From a virus (lineage: Duplodnaviria; Caudoviricetes), in IMG/VR virus record IMGVR_UViG_3300009706_000010, positions 1 to 55,698 of that record: 55,698 nt of DNA; one strand, given 5' to 3'. Position 1 is the stretch's first letter. Each line of letters begins with the position of its first letter. The notes under the pieces are model-generated. The model did no database searches and had not been told where the DNA came from. It was given only the letters and a program-made list of their open reading frames with translations. Below, in pieces: positions 19,084 to 28,701 of the stretch. The translations under genes and the position numbers were made by a program.

Positions 19084-19191
19084 TTACTGCGTTCAGACAA
19101 TTTACGTCTCGGCCCACTCTCGCCGCACTAGTCCTGCCGCGTTGGCCGTCTGAGGCTCTAACATTCCCGCGAGCGGGAGAGGAGCCCAACG

Positions 19192-19617
19192 ATGCCCGGA
19201 AAATACGGATCAGCTTCAGTCACGATCACTTACGATGACGGACCCGGCGGAACGGGGCGCGTCATCACCGGGCATGTCCTGACGATGAGCGGGGCGAAGA
19301 TCACCTCAGCCATGCAGGCATCCCACGCCTTCGGGGACGGGTGGGAAGAGTCAACGCCTTCCGGCCTGATGAAAATGGACCCTGTGACCGTCACGGGATT
19401 CTTCGACACGACGGCCACGACCGGGCCACACGTCGTCTTCATCGCGCCTGACGACGGTCCGCAGGATTCCACGCGAACGCTCGTGATGGTCTTCGGCGAC
19501 AGTAAAACCATGACCGTCGAAACCTACCTCGTGTCGTATGAGGTATTGGGTAAGAACGGGGCGCTGACTGAGTTCTCGGCAGTCATCCAGCCCACCGGCA
19601 CCGCTACGTGGTCGTAA
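19192..19617 (+). CDS. Major tail tube protein
   Basis: GAGGAG SD; FGD.WEE..P.GL, VTGFFD, EFSA.IQPTG; directly before the tail chaperone. Confidence 0.75.
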   Translation: MPGKYGSASVTITYDDGPGGTGRVITGHVLTMSGAKITSAMQASHAFGDGWEESTPSGLMKMDPVTVTGFFDTTATTGPHVVFIAPDDGPQDSTRTLVMVFGDSKTMTVETYLVSYEVLGKNGALTEFSAVIQPTGTATWS

Positions 19618-19715
19618 GACGGTAGCGCAAGCGTAGATTCTGTGGCTCCGGACCCATCCCCCACAATCCTGTCGGGGATGGCACCGGAGCCCGTTAATCA
19701 CACGGAGCCACACCA

Positions 19716-20165
19716 ATGAGTATCTTCGCCTCTCTCGTCACGAAAATCCTCGTCGTTCCCGATCTCCCCGATCACACCATCACTATCCGTAAGCTGGCGC
19801 CGAAGCATTTGGAAGCAGCGGCCACCGCGCATCAGAAGGCATCGATCGAAGCGGTGAAGGAGATGGGTGGACCGGCGTTCATCACAGAGCTTCAGGCGCT
19901 TACCGGCGTGAAGACGGCGCCGAAGGATCAGGCCGAAGACGGTCCGGCGGAGACGGTCGCGGGGATCAAGCGTGACCCGACTGACGGTTTCGATCGTGTG
20001 GTTCTTTTTCGCTCGGCGATCACCGGTTGGACATTCGATAAGGACCACACGGACGAGGATGTGCTGACGGACATCGAGGGCGACGTGAGTGACTGGCTCG
20101 CCACGGAGATCCTGACGCTGGCGAAGCCATCGCTGTTTTCGGAGGACGGCCCAAAAAACGACTGA
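19716..20165 (+). CDS. Tail assembly chaperone (lambda gpG-like)
   Basis: Between tube and tape measure; ends at slippery A AAA AAC. Confidence 0.75.
   Translation: MSIFASLVTKILVVPDLPDHTITIRKLAPKHLEAAATAHQKASIEAVKEMGGPAFITELQALTGVKTAPKDQAEDGPAETVAGIKRDPTDGFDRVVLFRSAITGWTFDKDHTDEDVLTDIEGDVSDWLATEILTLAKPSLFSEDGPKND
20153..20159 (+). other. Programmed -1 ribosomal frameshift site A AAA AAC
   Basis: In-frame X XXY YYZ heptamer shortly before the TGA; -1 frame open to 20446. Confidence 0.85.
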
Positions 20166-20446
20166 GGTTCCTTGAGCGCTGTTTGCGCGGTGAGGGACCA
20201 ATGCCCGTCATCTGGTGGGTGAGTCGGCTTTGCGAGGAGTTCCATTGCTTGCCCTCGCAGGCGTGGCGGGAGTATCAGAACTTACCCTCTGGCATCATCG
20301 AGGAGATCTTGGAAGCTCGGCAGTATGTGTCAGTCCGGAACGCCTACGAGCAGGCGACCGACACGGCGAAGTTGCCTCAGTCGGAGATGCTCGATCTCGT
20401 TCGTGAGATTGATTTCTCGCTCGCTCAGGAAGACGGCTTAGTTTAG
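20156..20446 (+). CDS. Tail assembly chaperone frameshift extension (gpGT-like C-part)
   Basis: -1 frame ORF RLRFLERCLRG...LCEEFHCLPSQ; no convincing independent SD. Confidence 0.75.
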   Translation, partial: KRLRFLERCLRGEGPMPVIWWVSRLCEEFHCLPSQAWREYQNLPSGIIEEILEARQYVSVRNAYEQATDTAKLPQSEMLDLVREIDFSLAQEDGLV

Positions 20447-20459
20447 GGAGGGTGGTCAC

Positions 20460-20852
20460 ATGCCGGGAATGTTGAGTGTGCAAGTCGTGGGCGTTCAGTC
20501 CACGCTCGATGCCCTTGACAAGCTCGGCGACCGCGCCTCGAAACTGGTCGATGAAGTGGCTTCGCAGGCGGCTGATAACATCGTGCGTGAAGCCGCGCAG
20601 CGTGTCAGGCGCCGGACTGGCCGGACGGCTCGGGCCATCACAAAAGAGCGAGCGAACGACGGCAACGGCTTCGTTGTCTTCGTCGATACGCCTGAGGATA
20701 CGTGGCCGAACCTTGACATCGGTCTGGAGTTCGGAACCATCCACATGACGGCGGCGCCCTTCCTTCATGTCTCGGCGCTTTTGGAGTCTGAGGCATTCCA
20801 ACGAGCGCTAGAGCAGGCGCTTGAGGATGCGTTGTCTGAGGTGAGCGCGTAA
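20460..20852 (+). CDS. HK97 gp10-like tail/neck component
   Basis: RTGRTARAI, LEFGTIHMTAAPFL. Confidence 0.85.
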   Translation: MPGMLSVQVVGVQSTLDALDKLGDRASKLVDEVASQAADNIVREAAQRVRRRTGRTARAITKERANDGNGFVVFVDTPEDTWPNLDIGLEFGTIHMTAAPFLHVSALLESEAFQRALEQALEDALSEVSA

Positions 20853-23800
20853 TGGCTGGCAACAGCATGGTCGTTCGGATCGCCGGGGATCTTTCCGAGC
20901 TTCGCCGGACGCTCGCGGAAGGCACCTCGGCGATCACGACCACGACGGCGGCGATGAGCAAGCTGGCGGGTTCGCTGAACAGCGGTCCGTTGATCCAGCG
21001 AGCGCATAACGTCGTCGCGGCAATCAATAAAGTGGGCGTGTCTACCCTGACGGCATCCCAATCTGCTACCCAACTCAAAGTCTTGGACGCGGCTATGGCG
21101 AAGCTGGCCCTGACCGGCAAGCCTATCCCGGCAGATATGCAACGGATGGCAGCCGCGTTGCGGTCTATGGCGCCTCCTGTGAAGACGCTTGAGGCTCGCA
21201 TGGCGGCGTTGGCGAACAAGGTCAACACCTTCGGGCAAGCGGCGCGGACCATCGGCGTTGGCTTCACGGCAGCTTTTACGGCTCCTATCGTCGGGTTCGG
21301 CGTGGCGTCTGTCAAGGCGTTCGCGGACTTCGATCAGGCGATGACCAACTCAACCGCCATCATGGGCAACGTGTCCGATCAGATGAAGGGCGAGATGTCG
21401 GACGCTGCCCGTGAGGTTGGCCGGACCACGACATTCTCGGCCACGGAAGCGGCGGAAGCGTATTTCTTCCTCGCGTCGGCTGGCTTGGATGCGGCGTCAT
21501 CGATCGCGGCGATGCCGAAGGTTGCCTCGTTCGCTCAGGCTGGCAACTTCAGCTTGGCGCTTGCCACGGACCTCTTGACGGATGCACAGAGCGCCCTCGG
21601 TCTGACGATTCGCGATGATGTCGTGGAGAACATGGCCAACATGGTGCACGTCAGCGACGTGCTGGTGAAGGCGAACACCCTTGCAAATGCTTCTGTCCAA
21701 CAGTTCTCTGTCGCTCTGACGACGAAGGCCGGTAACGCGATGAAGCAGTTGAACATCGACATCGAATCCGGTGTCGCTGTGCTTGCCGCATGGGCCGATC
21801 AGGGCATCAAGGGGACGCTGGCCGGTGAGCGCTTCAACATGGTCACGCGGGACTTGCAGAAGGCCGTGATGAAGAACGGTGAAGAGTTCAAGCGCTTGAA
21901 CATCGCTGTCTTCGATTCACAGGGCAATTTCCGGAACATGTCGGACATCACGGAAGACCTCGAAAAGAACCTGTTGGGAATGTCGGCGGAGCAGCAGAAT
22001 GCCACGCTGGCGTCTCTCGGCTTCACCTCGAAGACCATTTCGGCTACGCGGTCCTTGGTAGGTTTGTCGGGCTCGATTCGTGATTACGAGTCATCGTTGC
22101 GCGATGCGGCAGGTATCACGGATGAGGTCGCGGCGAAGCAGTTGGAAAGCTTCTCGGCGGCGCTGTCGTTGGCATGGGGTAAGGTCGTTGACCTTGGTAT
22201 CGAGATTGGTGGGACGCTGGCTCCGATGATCCTCAAACTTGTGGATGCGATGGACCCGGCGATAGACCGGCTCCAGTCGCTCGCACGGAGCTTCACAGAA
22301 TCAAGTCGGACGACGAAAATCGTGATCATCGGTGTGCTTGGCCTGATGGCGGCGATTGGCCCGTTGCTGGTCGCTGTGGGCATGCTTGGTATGGCCCTTG
22401 GGCCGATTATCACGGCTTACGGATTGTGGGCAGGCGCGAGCGCAACGGCTGTCGCTGCGGCTGGACCGGCAACGGCAGGGCTGGCAGCTACCGGGACGGC
22501 GGCGGCGGCGTCTACGGGCATGTTGGCCGGGCTGGTGGCGGTCATGACGGGTCCGGTGGGCCTGACGGTTGCGGCGGTAGCGCTCGCGGCGGGAGTGTTA
22601 TACGCAACGGACGGCTTGGGTGACATCAAGGAAGCGGCGGAAGACGCTGGTGGGATTCTCTCCAGCCTCGCAACGATCGTGGCAACGGAGGCCACCATAC
22701 AGTTCAATCAATTCGCGGAATCTGCTGGCTACATCATGGAGCAGTTGGACAAGCTGAAGCTTTCCACTGACGACTACGGTGGCGCGACCTCAGCGGCTGT
22801 TGCGGAGGCGAATCCGTTCTTAGGTGTATTGAACTTGTTCGGTGGCGTCCTGCCGGTAGTGGATAAGTTCTTGTCGGATGTCGCGGCATCGTCTATGCGA
22901 GCGAAGGACGACATGCAGGGGTTCATCAGCGGGACATCGAACGCTGCGAACGGCGTATCGGCGGCGCTGGCGCTGGTGGGCCCGGCCTTCATCCGGTCAT
23001 CCACGGAAACGGCTCGGCTGGCTGCTGAGGCACTTGCGCTCAAGAACGAGATGGAGGAGACGGCGGCGGCAGCCGAAAATATGAGCAAGGCCGTTCAGTC
23101 GTTAGCTGACTCGATGGGCAAGGACGGGTTGGAGGCGGCGCAGGTTTTCGAGAAGGCGGTGGAAGCGGTCGGCGGCGTATCTACGCTGACGCAGGGGAAC
23201 ATCGACAAATACGCGAAAACGCTGGATGAGGTGATAGAGCAGTATCGGCTGTTCGGCCCTGCTGGCGCGGCGATCGTTGCTCACTTCGAGGAGGTGCGCG
23301 ACACGCTACCGCAGACTACGGAGGAGATGAAGCAGGCGGCGGAACAGTTGAAGTTCATGAACAAGGAATGGTCAGCTATGCAGGTGCTTCTGTCTAGCAC
23401 TCAGAAGACCATGGCGAACTTCGCAGACGCGACCTCACCGCGTCTGCGCGGACTCCTCGATCAAGCGATTCAGGTTCCCCCGGTGATGGCGATGGGATCT
23501 GCTGGTCTGGTGAAATTCGTTGAGTCTCTGAACCTGTCGGATCACGACAAGATGATGAATTTTTTCGGGCCGTTGGCGCCGGATAAAATTCCAAGCACTC
23601 TCGGAGCGATCAAGGGTGCGCTGTCGGACATGCCGAACGTCATCATGTCGGCGATCACCGGCGGCGGCGATGTCGCTGGCGCTATCGGTGGTTCCATCTT
23701 CGGTAAGATATTTGACCCTGCTGGTGGACTTGTGACGAAGGCAACATCGAAGCTGACCGGAGCCTTGGGCTCGACAATCGGTGGCGCCCTCGGCTCTGTC

Positions 23801-25000
23801 CTGCCCGGCATCGGGACGTTGCTTGGCTCGCAGGCCGGGAAGTTGCTTACTCCGCTTGTGGGCAAGGTTGGTAGTTTCTTCTCTGGCATGTTCGGGAAGT
23901 CGCAGGGCCGGAAGGATCTCGAAGCGGCGAACGAGGTCATCTACAAATATCAGCGTGAGCTTCTCGCTACTCACGGATCACTGGAGGGCATTCGCGAGGC
24001 AGGCGGAGCAGCCGGGGTTGAGTTAGCGAATGCGTGGGGCTCGCAGAACGTCAAAGGGTTAGAACACTTCAAGAACCTGATGGACGAGTTCGGCAAGTCT
24101 ATCGAGACGGCGGCGAAGGAGACGGAGCGGCTGGCCGAAGAAACGAAGCGGTTGGCTGAGGAGCAGGAGGAGTTAGAGCGGATCGCTCGCGGCACGATGG
24201 ATGCCATGACGACAGACCTTGAACGGCTTCAGGCTCGTTACGACAACGTCGCATCGGTTGAGAAGATGGAAAAGGCGCTGGCTGACATGGCAGCCGGTGG
24301 GGGGCTCGACCTTCGCACCTTGACCCGCAGTATCGAAGACATGAAGAAGTCGCTTGGGGCTTCGAACCCTGTCGTGCAGCGGCTTGAGCAGATCATGGCG
24401 CACTTCGCGGCCACAGGGATCTTGGATGTGGACGCATTGGCGTTGGCGTTCGCCGACCTCAGGGGTGAGATGGAGCTACCGATCGTTCCGAAGATTGTCG
24501 TTCCTGACGTTCCGCCGATAGATATTCCGATAAACGTCATCATGCCGACCGCTGCTTTTTTGCGTGACTTCCTGAATGCGAGCCTGTTCGAGCAGAACGA
24601 GGCTTCAGATTGGAGTGACGAGCAGGTTCGGAACGCTGTTGAGGACTTCCTGAACAATAACCCGGGAGATGAAGGGCGGATACCGTCTGCGCTCGGCATT
24701 CCGGCGTCTCGTTTGAATGATCTCGGTCTGGCAGGATACAAGCAAGGCACTCCGAATCTTGGATTCATGGACTTCGGCGCCGGAACGCCGACTGTGCTTC
24801 ACGGGCGCGAAGCCGTCGTGCCGGTAGACAAGGCGCAAGAGTTCGCGGCGAAGGTCGCAGGCGGGATCGGCCACGGCGAACACGGTGAGGAAGGGAACCA
24901 TACCCTCGCGACACTGACGCGCATTGAGGCGAGCTTACGGCGGCAGCCTCGTGCGCTGGCGCTCGCGATGAAGGAGGCGAAAGCCTTAGGTGGCCGGTGA
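20852..25000 (+). CDS. Tape measure protein (TP901-type core)
   Basis: 1382 aa, Ala-rich; FADFDQAM, TTFSATEAAEA..LA.AG, GIKG..AG. Confidence 0.93.
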   Translation: MAGNSMVVRIAGDLSELRRTLAEGTSAITTTTAAMSKLAGSLNSGPLIQRAHNVVAAINKVGVSTLTASQSATQLKVLDAAMAKLALTGKPIPADMQRMAAALRSMAPPVKTLEARMAALANKVNTFGQAARTIGVGFTAAFTAPIVGFGVASVKAFADFDQAMTNSTAIMGNVSDQMKGEMSDAAREVGRTTTFSATEAAEAYFFLASAGLDAASSIAAMPKVASFAQAGNFSLALATDLLTDAQSALGLTIRDDVVENMANMVHVSDVLVKANTLANASVQQFSVALTTKAGNAMKQLNIDIESGVAVLAAWADQGIKGTLAGERFNMVTRDLQKAVMKNGEEFKRLNIAVFDSQGNFRNMSDITEDLEKNLLGMSAEQQNATLASLGFTSKTISATRSLVGLSGSIRDYESSLRDAAGITDEVAAKQLESFSAALSLAWGKVVDLGIEIGGTLAPMILKLVDAMDPAIDRLQSLARSFTESSRTTKIVIIGVLGLMAAIGPLLVAVGMLGMALGPIITAYGLWAGASATAVAAAGPATAGLAATGTAAAASTGMLAGLVAVMTGPVGLTVAAVALAAGVLYATDGLGDIKEAAEDAGGILSSLATIVATEATIQFNQFAESAGYIMEQLDKLKLSTDDYGGATSAAVAEANPFLGVLNLFGGVLPVVDKFLSDVAASSMRAKDDMQGFISGTSNAANGVSAALALVGPAFIRSSTETARLAAEALALKNEMEETAAAAENMSKAVQSLADSMGKDGLEAAQVFEKAVEAVGGVSTLTQGNIDKYAKTLDEVIEQYRLFGPAGAAIVAHFEEVRDTLPQTTEEMKQAAEQLKFMNKEWSAMQVLLSSTQKTMANFADATSPRLRGLLDQAIQVPPVMAMGSAGLVKFVESLNLSDHDKMMNFFGPLAPDKIPSTLGAIKGALSDMPNVIMSAITGGGDVAGAIGGSIFGKIFDPAGGLVTKATSKLTGALGSTIGGALGSVLPGIGTLLGSQAGKLLTPLVGKVGSFFSGMFGKSQGRKDLEAANEVIYKYQRELLATHGSLEGIREAGGAAGVELANAWGSQNVKGLEHFKNLMDEFGKSIETAAKETERLAEETKRLAEEQEELERIARGTMDAMTTDLERLQARYDNVASVEKMEKALADMAAGGGLDLRTLTRSIEDMKKSLGASNPVVQRLEQIMAHFAATGILDVDALALAFADLRGEMELPIVPKIVVPDVPPIDIPINVIMPTAAFLRDFLNASLFEQNEASDWSDEQVRNAVEDFLNNNPGDEGRIPSALGIPASRLNDLGLAGYKQGTPNLGFMDFGAGTPTVLHGREAVVPVDKAQEFAAKVAGGIGHGEHGEEGNHTLATLTRIEASLRRQPRALALAMKEAKALGGR

Positions 25001-26739
25001 TGGGCGCTACGGGAAGCCTAAAGTTCGAGGTCGAGCTCACGACCGGCGTGTGGACGGACATCACCGCTGACACTGACGCTGCTTCAGGGCTCTCGTTTGG
25101 CTACGGCATCAACGGGAACAAGCCGCTGGACTCTATCGCAGGAGTCGGCACCTTAGAATTCGCGCTCAATAACTGGCAGACGGCTGCCGGTCGCCCTGAA
25201 GGCTACTACTCGCCGAATCACGCCTCCGTCCGTTCCGGATGGACATTCGGTAAAGTCTTCCGCTTGGTGGCCGCCACGGGCAGCACAGCGGCCGTGACGA
25301 GCATTACAGAGTCGGCAGGGACGGCGACTGTGACAACGGCGGCTCCTCATGGTCGCTCGACTGGCGACTACGTGACGATCGCGGACGCGGTGGAGACGGA
25401 TTACAACGGGACGTTCCAGATCACCGTCACGGGCGCATCGACCTTCACGTATGTCGTGGCGAATTCTCCCTCATCTCCGGCGACCGGAACGATCACCGTC
25501 ATTCGGTCGGCGCTGAAGTTCTACGGGAAAATTGACACTATTTTGCCGATAGCCGGGCAGTCCAAAGAAAAGCGTGTGTTGGTTACGGTGAATGACACGA
25601 TCGCGGATGTCCTCGAAGCAGACGTTCGCGAGCTTGACTTGCAGATTAACAAAACAGAGGCGGAGTGCCTCACCGCTATATTGGATTCGCTGCCGTCATC
25701 GGCGCAGCCACCGGCGCGTGATTTCGATACTGGCGTTGATACTTTCCCGTGGGCGTTTGATGATTTGGGCTCCGGGGTGAAAGGGCTGGCTCTAGTCAAG
25801 GATGCCGTGCAGAGTGCGCTGGGGATGTATTTCGCGAAGGGCGACGGGACGCATGCGTATCGTAGTCGGACGTCACGGGCGACCGGTTCTAGCGTCTTCA
25901 CCTTCGCCGATTCTATGCACGGGTTGAACGTCCCTTCAGGGCTCGACGGAGTATTTAATCGTGTCGGTGTGACCGTCAACAAGAAAGTGGTGTCGGCGAA
26001 TCCAGACGAAGAACTATACACCCTCCCGACGGGAGCGTTCATTGAGGTTACGGACGGCGGGACCGTGAAGCTTTTCACAGACTATACGGACCCGAATGAT
26101 AGGCAGACCTCCATCGGCGGCAGCGAGGTTGTCACGACGCTGGTCGCGGGGACTCACTTTCAGGCGTTCGCGAATTCTGATGGAACAGGCTCGGACTTGT
26201 CGGCGTCGATGACTCCAACGCTTGCGGACTTTGGCTCGTCTGCTAAGTGGACGTTCGTCAATGCAGCCGGGCAGACGGCTTATGTCACCTTGCAGAAGGT
26301 GATCGGGAAGGCCGTTCGGAACCCCGGTCCTCAGCGAGCGGAGTCTTATGTGGCAAAGGGTTACGGTGACCGCCCGTTGGAAATCAACCTCCGGTATCAA
26401 GACGATCTGGAGATCGGGCAGAGCGCCGCAACTTACACCCGGTCGCAGAATGACTCACTGAGTCACCAAATGGAATCGCTGATGTTCATCGCGAACGACT
26501 CACAGGCATTCATGGGCGAAGCGGTGTATCGGGAGATCGGCGACCGTATCACAGTCACAGAGCAGGTCACAGGGCTGGCGCTGGTAGATGCCATCATTCA
26601 GCGTGTAGAATGGAAGGTGAGCGCAGGCCCGTGGATTGAGTGCACCTTCGGGCTCGCACCGGCTTCGACGCTGGCGTTCTGGCTGTGGGGGGTTGTCGGT
26701 CAGTCGGAGTGGGGCGAAACGACGTATTACGGATTCTAA
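24997..26739 (+). CDS. Minor tail / baseplate hub protein with inserted HG...GD.V.I domain
   Basis: WTDIT N-terminus, REIGDRITV, W.WG....SEWG C-terminus; follows tape measure. Confidence 0.7.
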   Translation: MMGATGSLKFEVELTTGVWTDITADTDAASGLSFGYGINGNKPLDSIAGVGTLEFALNNWQTAAGRPEGYYSPNHASVRSGWTFGKVFRLVAATGSTAAVTSITESAGTATVTTAAPHGRSTGDYVTIADAVETDYNGTFQITVTGASTFTYVVANSPSSPATGTITVIRSALKFYGKIDTILPIAGQSKEKRVLVTVNDTIADVLEADVRELDLQINKTEAECLTAILDSLPSSAQPPARDFDTGVDTFPWAFDDLGSGVKGLALVKDAVQSALGMYFAKGDGTHAYRSRTSRATGSSVFTFADSMHGLNVPSGLDGVFNRVGVTVNKKVVSANPDEELYTLPTGAFIEVTDGGTVKLFTDYTDPNDRQTSIGGSEVVTTLVAGTHFQAFANSDGTGSDLSASMTPTLADFGSSAKWTFVNAAGQTAYVTLQKVIGKAVRNPGPQRAESYVAKGYGDRPLEINLRYQDDLEIGQSAATYTRSQNDSLSHQMESLMFIANDSQAFMGEAVYREIGDRITVTEQVTGLALVDAIIQRVEWKVSAGPWIECTFGLAPASTLAFWLWGVVGQSEWGETTYYGF

Positions 26740-26740
26740 T

Positions 26741-27205
26741 ATGGCTGAGTTCACGCATATCATCGGGCCGCGACAGGTGCACAACGTCACGACGGCGCAG
26801 GTCTACCTCCTCGCGCAACTGCGGCAGATCCGTGCGACGGTGCAGCGCGGTTTGCAGCCGGAGGGAACCGTTCCTCACGTAGTCACACCGGCGCCGAAAC
26901 CTTACATCGGGCATCGAGGATGGATGCTGATCTGTTCGTGCAATGGCGGTGTCTCTGTCAGCGTTGAGTGGGATCTGGCGTGTTGCTTCGAGTGCGGGGC
27001 GTTGTATGCCGGGCTTGAGTTCCCTGCGAATCGGGAGGAGATTGAAGCGCTTCTCTTGCAGAGGCCGGAAAGGTTCCGTTTGTGGAATCCGCCTGCCGCT
27101 GTTAAGAACAGCCCGGAGCCTGAAACTGTCTCGTCTCTGGTGGTCGAAAACCTGAAATATGGGTGGCCTGTCCCTGCCGCGATCGTTGAAGAGGTTGCTT
27201 CGTAA
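26741..27205 (+). CDS. Hypothetical protein with Cys motifs
   Basis: ATG26741; W...C.C.GG...CCFECG...FP....IE..L..RP. Confidence 0.6.
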   Translation: MAEFTHIIGPRQVHNVTTAQVYLLAQLRQIRATVQRGLQPEGTVPHVVTPAPKPYIGHRGWMLICSCNGGVSVSVEWDLACCFECGALYAGLEFPANREEIEALLLQRPERFRLWNPPAAVKNSPEPETVSSLVVENLKYGWPVPAAIVEEVAS

Positions 27206-27960
27206 TGGCTTATTCTGCGCCTCTCGCTGTCATCACTGGTGACCTCGCGACGGCGGCGCAATACAACACCTACACGAAGGACAGTATTATCGCGATGTAC
27301 GCAGGGGCGATCTCCGTGACCTCGCAGGCGACGAACGATGTGATCGTGGCTACTAGTTCCACGCAGCTTGGTCGAACGCCGAACATCAGCGTGGCGCAAG
27401 GCGGCACGGGTGTCGCAGCACTCACCGCAAATTCACTCCTGCTAGGCGCGGGGACATCGGATGTCACGTTTGCGGCTCCGGGCAGTAATGGCAATGTCCT
27501 CACATCGAATGGCACGGTATGGGCGAGTGCGGCGGCGGCAGTAGGTGGCAAGGTGCTGCAGGTTGTGTCGGCGGTGTACGGAACTGCGGCAAGCTCGTCG
27601 TCGGCTACGGCTGTGGATACGGGATTAACCGCGACGATTACGCCCGCGTCTACGTCCAATAAAGTACTGGTGATCATCTGCCAAGCAGGTGTCGGGAAGG
27701 ACACAGGCAACGCGTATCTTGATCTGCGCGCCTATCGCGGTGCGACCGAGATCAATAAGATGGGCGTCACCGTGGGATACACCGGCTCTTCAATCGCGCT
27801 TCGGATGGCGAGCGTATCCTGCGTCGTGTTGGATTCGCCGTCTAGTACGAGTGCCGTCACATACAAAACGAAGTTCGCCTCGGCTCCAGGGGTCGCACAG
27901 GTGTTCATTCAGAAGTCAGGCGAGGAAAGCACGATCGCGCTGATAGAGATCGCGGGGTAA
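27205..27960 (+). CDS. Tail fibre / receptor-binding protein
   Basis: VAQGGTG, GNVLTSNG..W, GGKVLQVV, TITP.STSNKVLV, LDSPSSTS..TYK, EIAG. Confidence 0.8.
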   Translation: MAYSAPLAVITGDLATAAQYNTYTKDSIIAMYAGAISVTSQATNDVIVATSSTQLGRTPNISVAQGGTGVAALTANSLLLGAGTSDVTFAAPGSNGNVLTSNGTVWASAAAAVGGKVLQVVSAVYGTAASSSSATAVDTGLTATITPASTSNKVLVIICQAGVGKDTGNAYLDLRAYRGATEINKMGVTVGYTGSSIALRMASVSCVVLDSPSSTSAVTYKTKFASAPGVAQVFIQKSGEESTIALIEIAG

Positions 27961-27967
27961 TTGAGTC

Positions 27968-28315
27968 ATGAGTCTGATACACGCTATATGCGAACAGTGG
28001 CCGGGTGCTCAATGCGTCACACGAGGTGATGGTAGCTTCGAAGTGCTCGAACGGTGGGATGGGCCGATGCCGCAGCCGACAGACACCGAGATCACCCAAG
28101 CGGTTTCTGATTATGTATTGATCGAACAGCTTGCGAAGCTACGAGTCGAGCGCAATGGACTACTCGCAGCATCCGATTGGACAGACCTGCCGAATGCCCA
28201 GTTGTCCGCAGAGCAGAAAAACGCATGGCAAACGTATCGACAAGAACTACGTGATCTCCCGGAGAACACTGTTGATCCAGAAAATCCCGTCTGGCCCATC
28301 GCCCCGGCAGACTGA
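27968..28315 (+). CDS. Tail fibre assembly chaperone
   Basis: R.ERN.LL..SDWT.L.......W..YRQ.LRDLP......WP..P. Confidence 0.88.
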   Translation: MSLIHAICEQWPGAQCVTRGDGSFEVLERWDGPMPQPTDTEITQAVSDYVLIEQLAKLRVERNGLLAASDWTDLPNAQLSAEQKNAWQTYRQELRDLPENTVDPENPVWPIAPAD

Positions 28316-28701
28316 TGGCTGTGGCCGTAACGAAGGAAGACCTCACAGCCTTCGGGGTTCAGCTTACGGCGCTGAATGCCTCGCAGCACGAGCAACTCTC
28401 GGCGTCAGTCGCGGAGATCAAGACATCGGTGCTCGCCATCGCGACCGCTGCGGAGGTTCGGACGGTCAGGACGCACGATCGCATCGATGCGCTTGACCTC
28501 AGGATCAACGGGCGTCTGGTGAAGGCGGTAGACGGCGTGAACGACCATGAGGTTCGCGTCACGGTCTTGGAGAAGCGCCCAAAAGCACTCTCGCGCCGGG
28601 AGTTCTGGTCTGGTGTGTCGGTCCTTGGAACAGCAGGAGGAGTCATCCTATGGGTGGTGCTAGTAGCGCAGGCTGCGAAAGAGGCAGGGCTGTCACCGTG
28701 A
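28315..28701 (+). CDS. Coiled-coil membrane protein (holin/XhlA-like)
   Basis: Coiled coil plus one C-terminal TM segment; first gene of lysis block. Confidence 0.5.
   Translation: MAVAVTKEDLTAFGVQLTALNASQHEQLSASVAEIKTSVLAIATAAEVRTVRTHDRIDALDLRINGRLVKAVDGVNDHEVRVTVLEKRPKALSRREFWSGVSVLGTAGGVILWVVLVAQAAKEAGLSP

Noticed and set aside
27205-27960. Diversity-generating retroelement or invertible tail-fibre system
   Set aside because: No reverse transcriptase, invertase or template repeat seen
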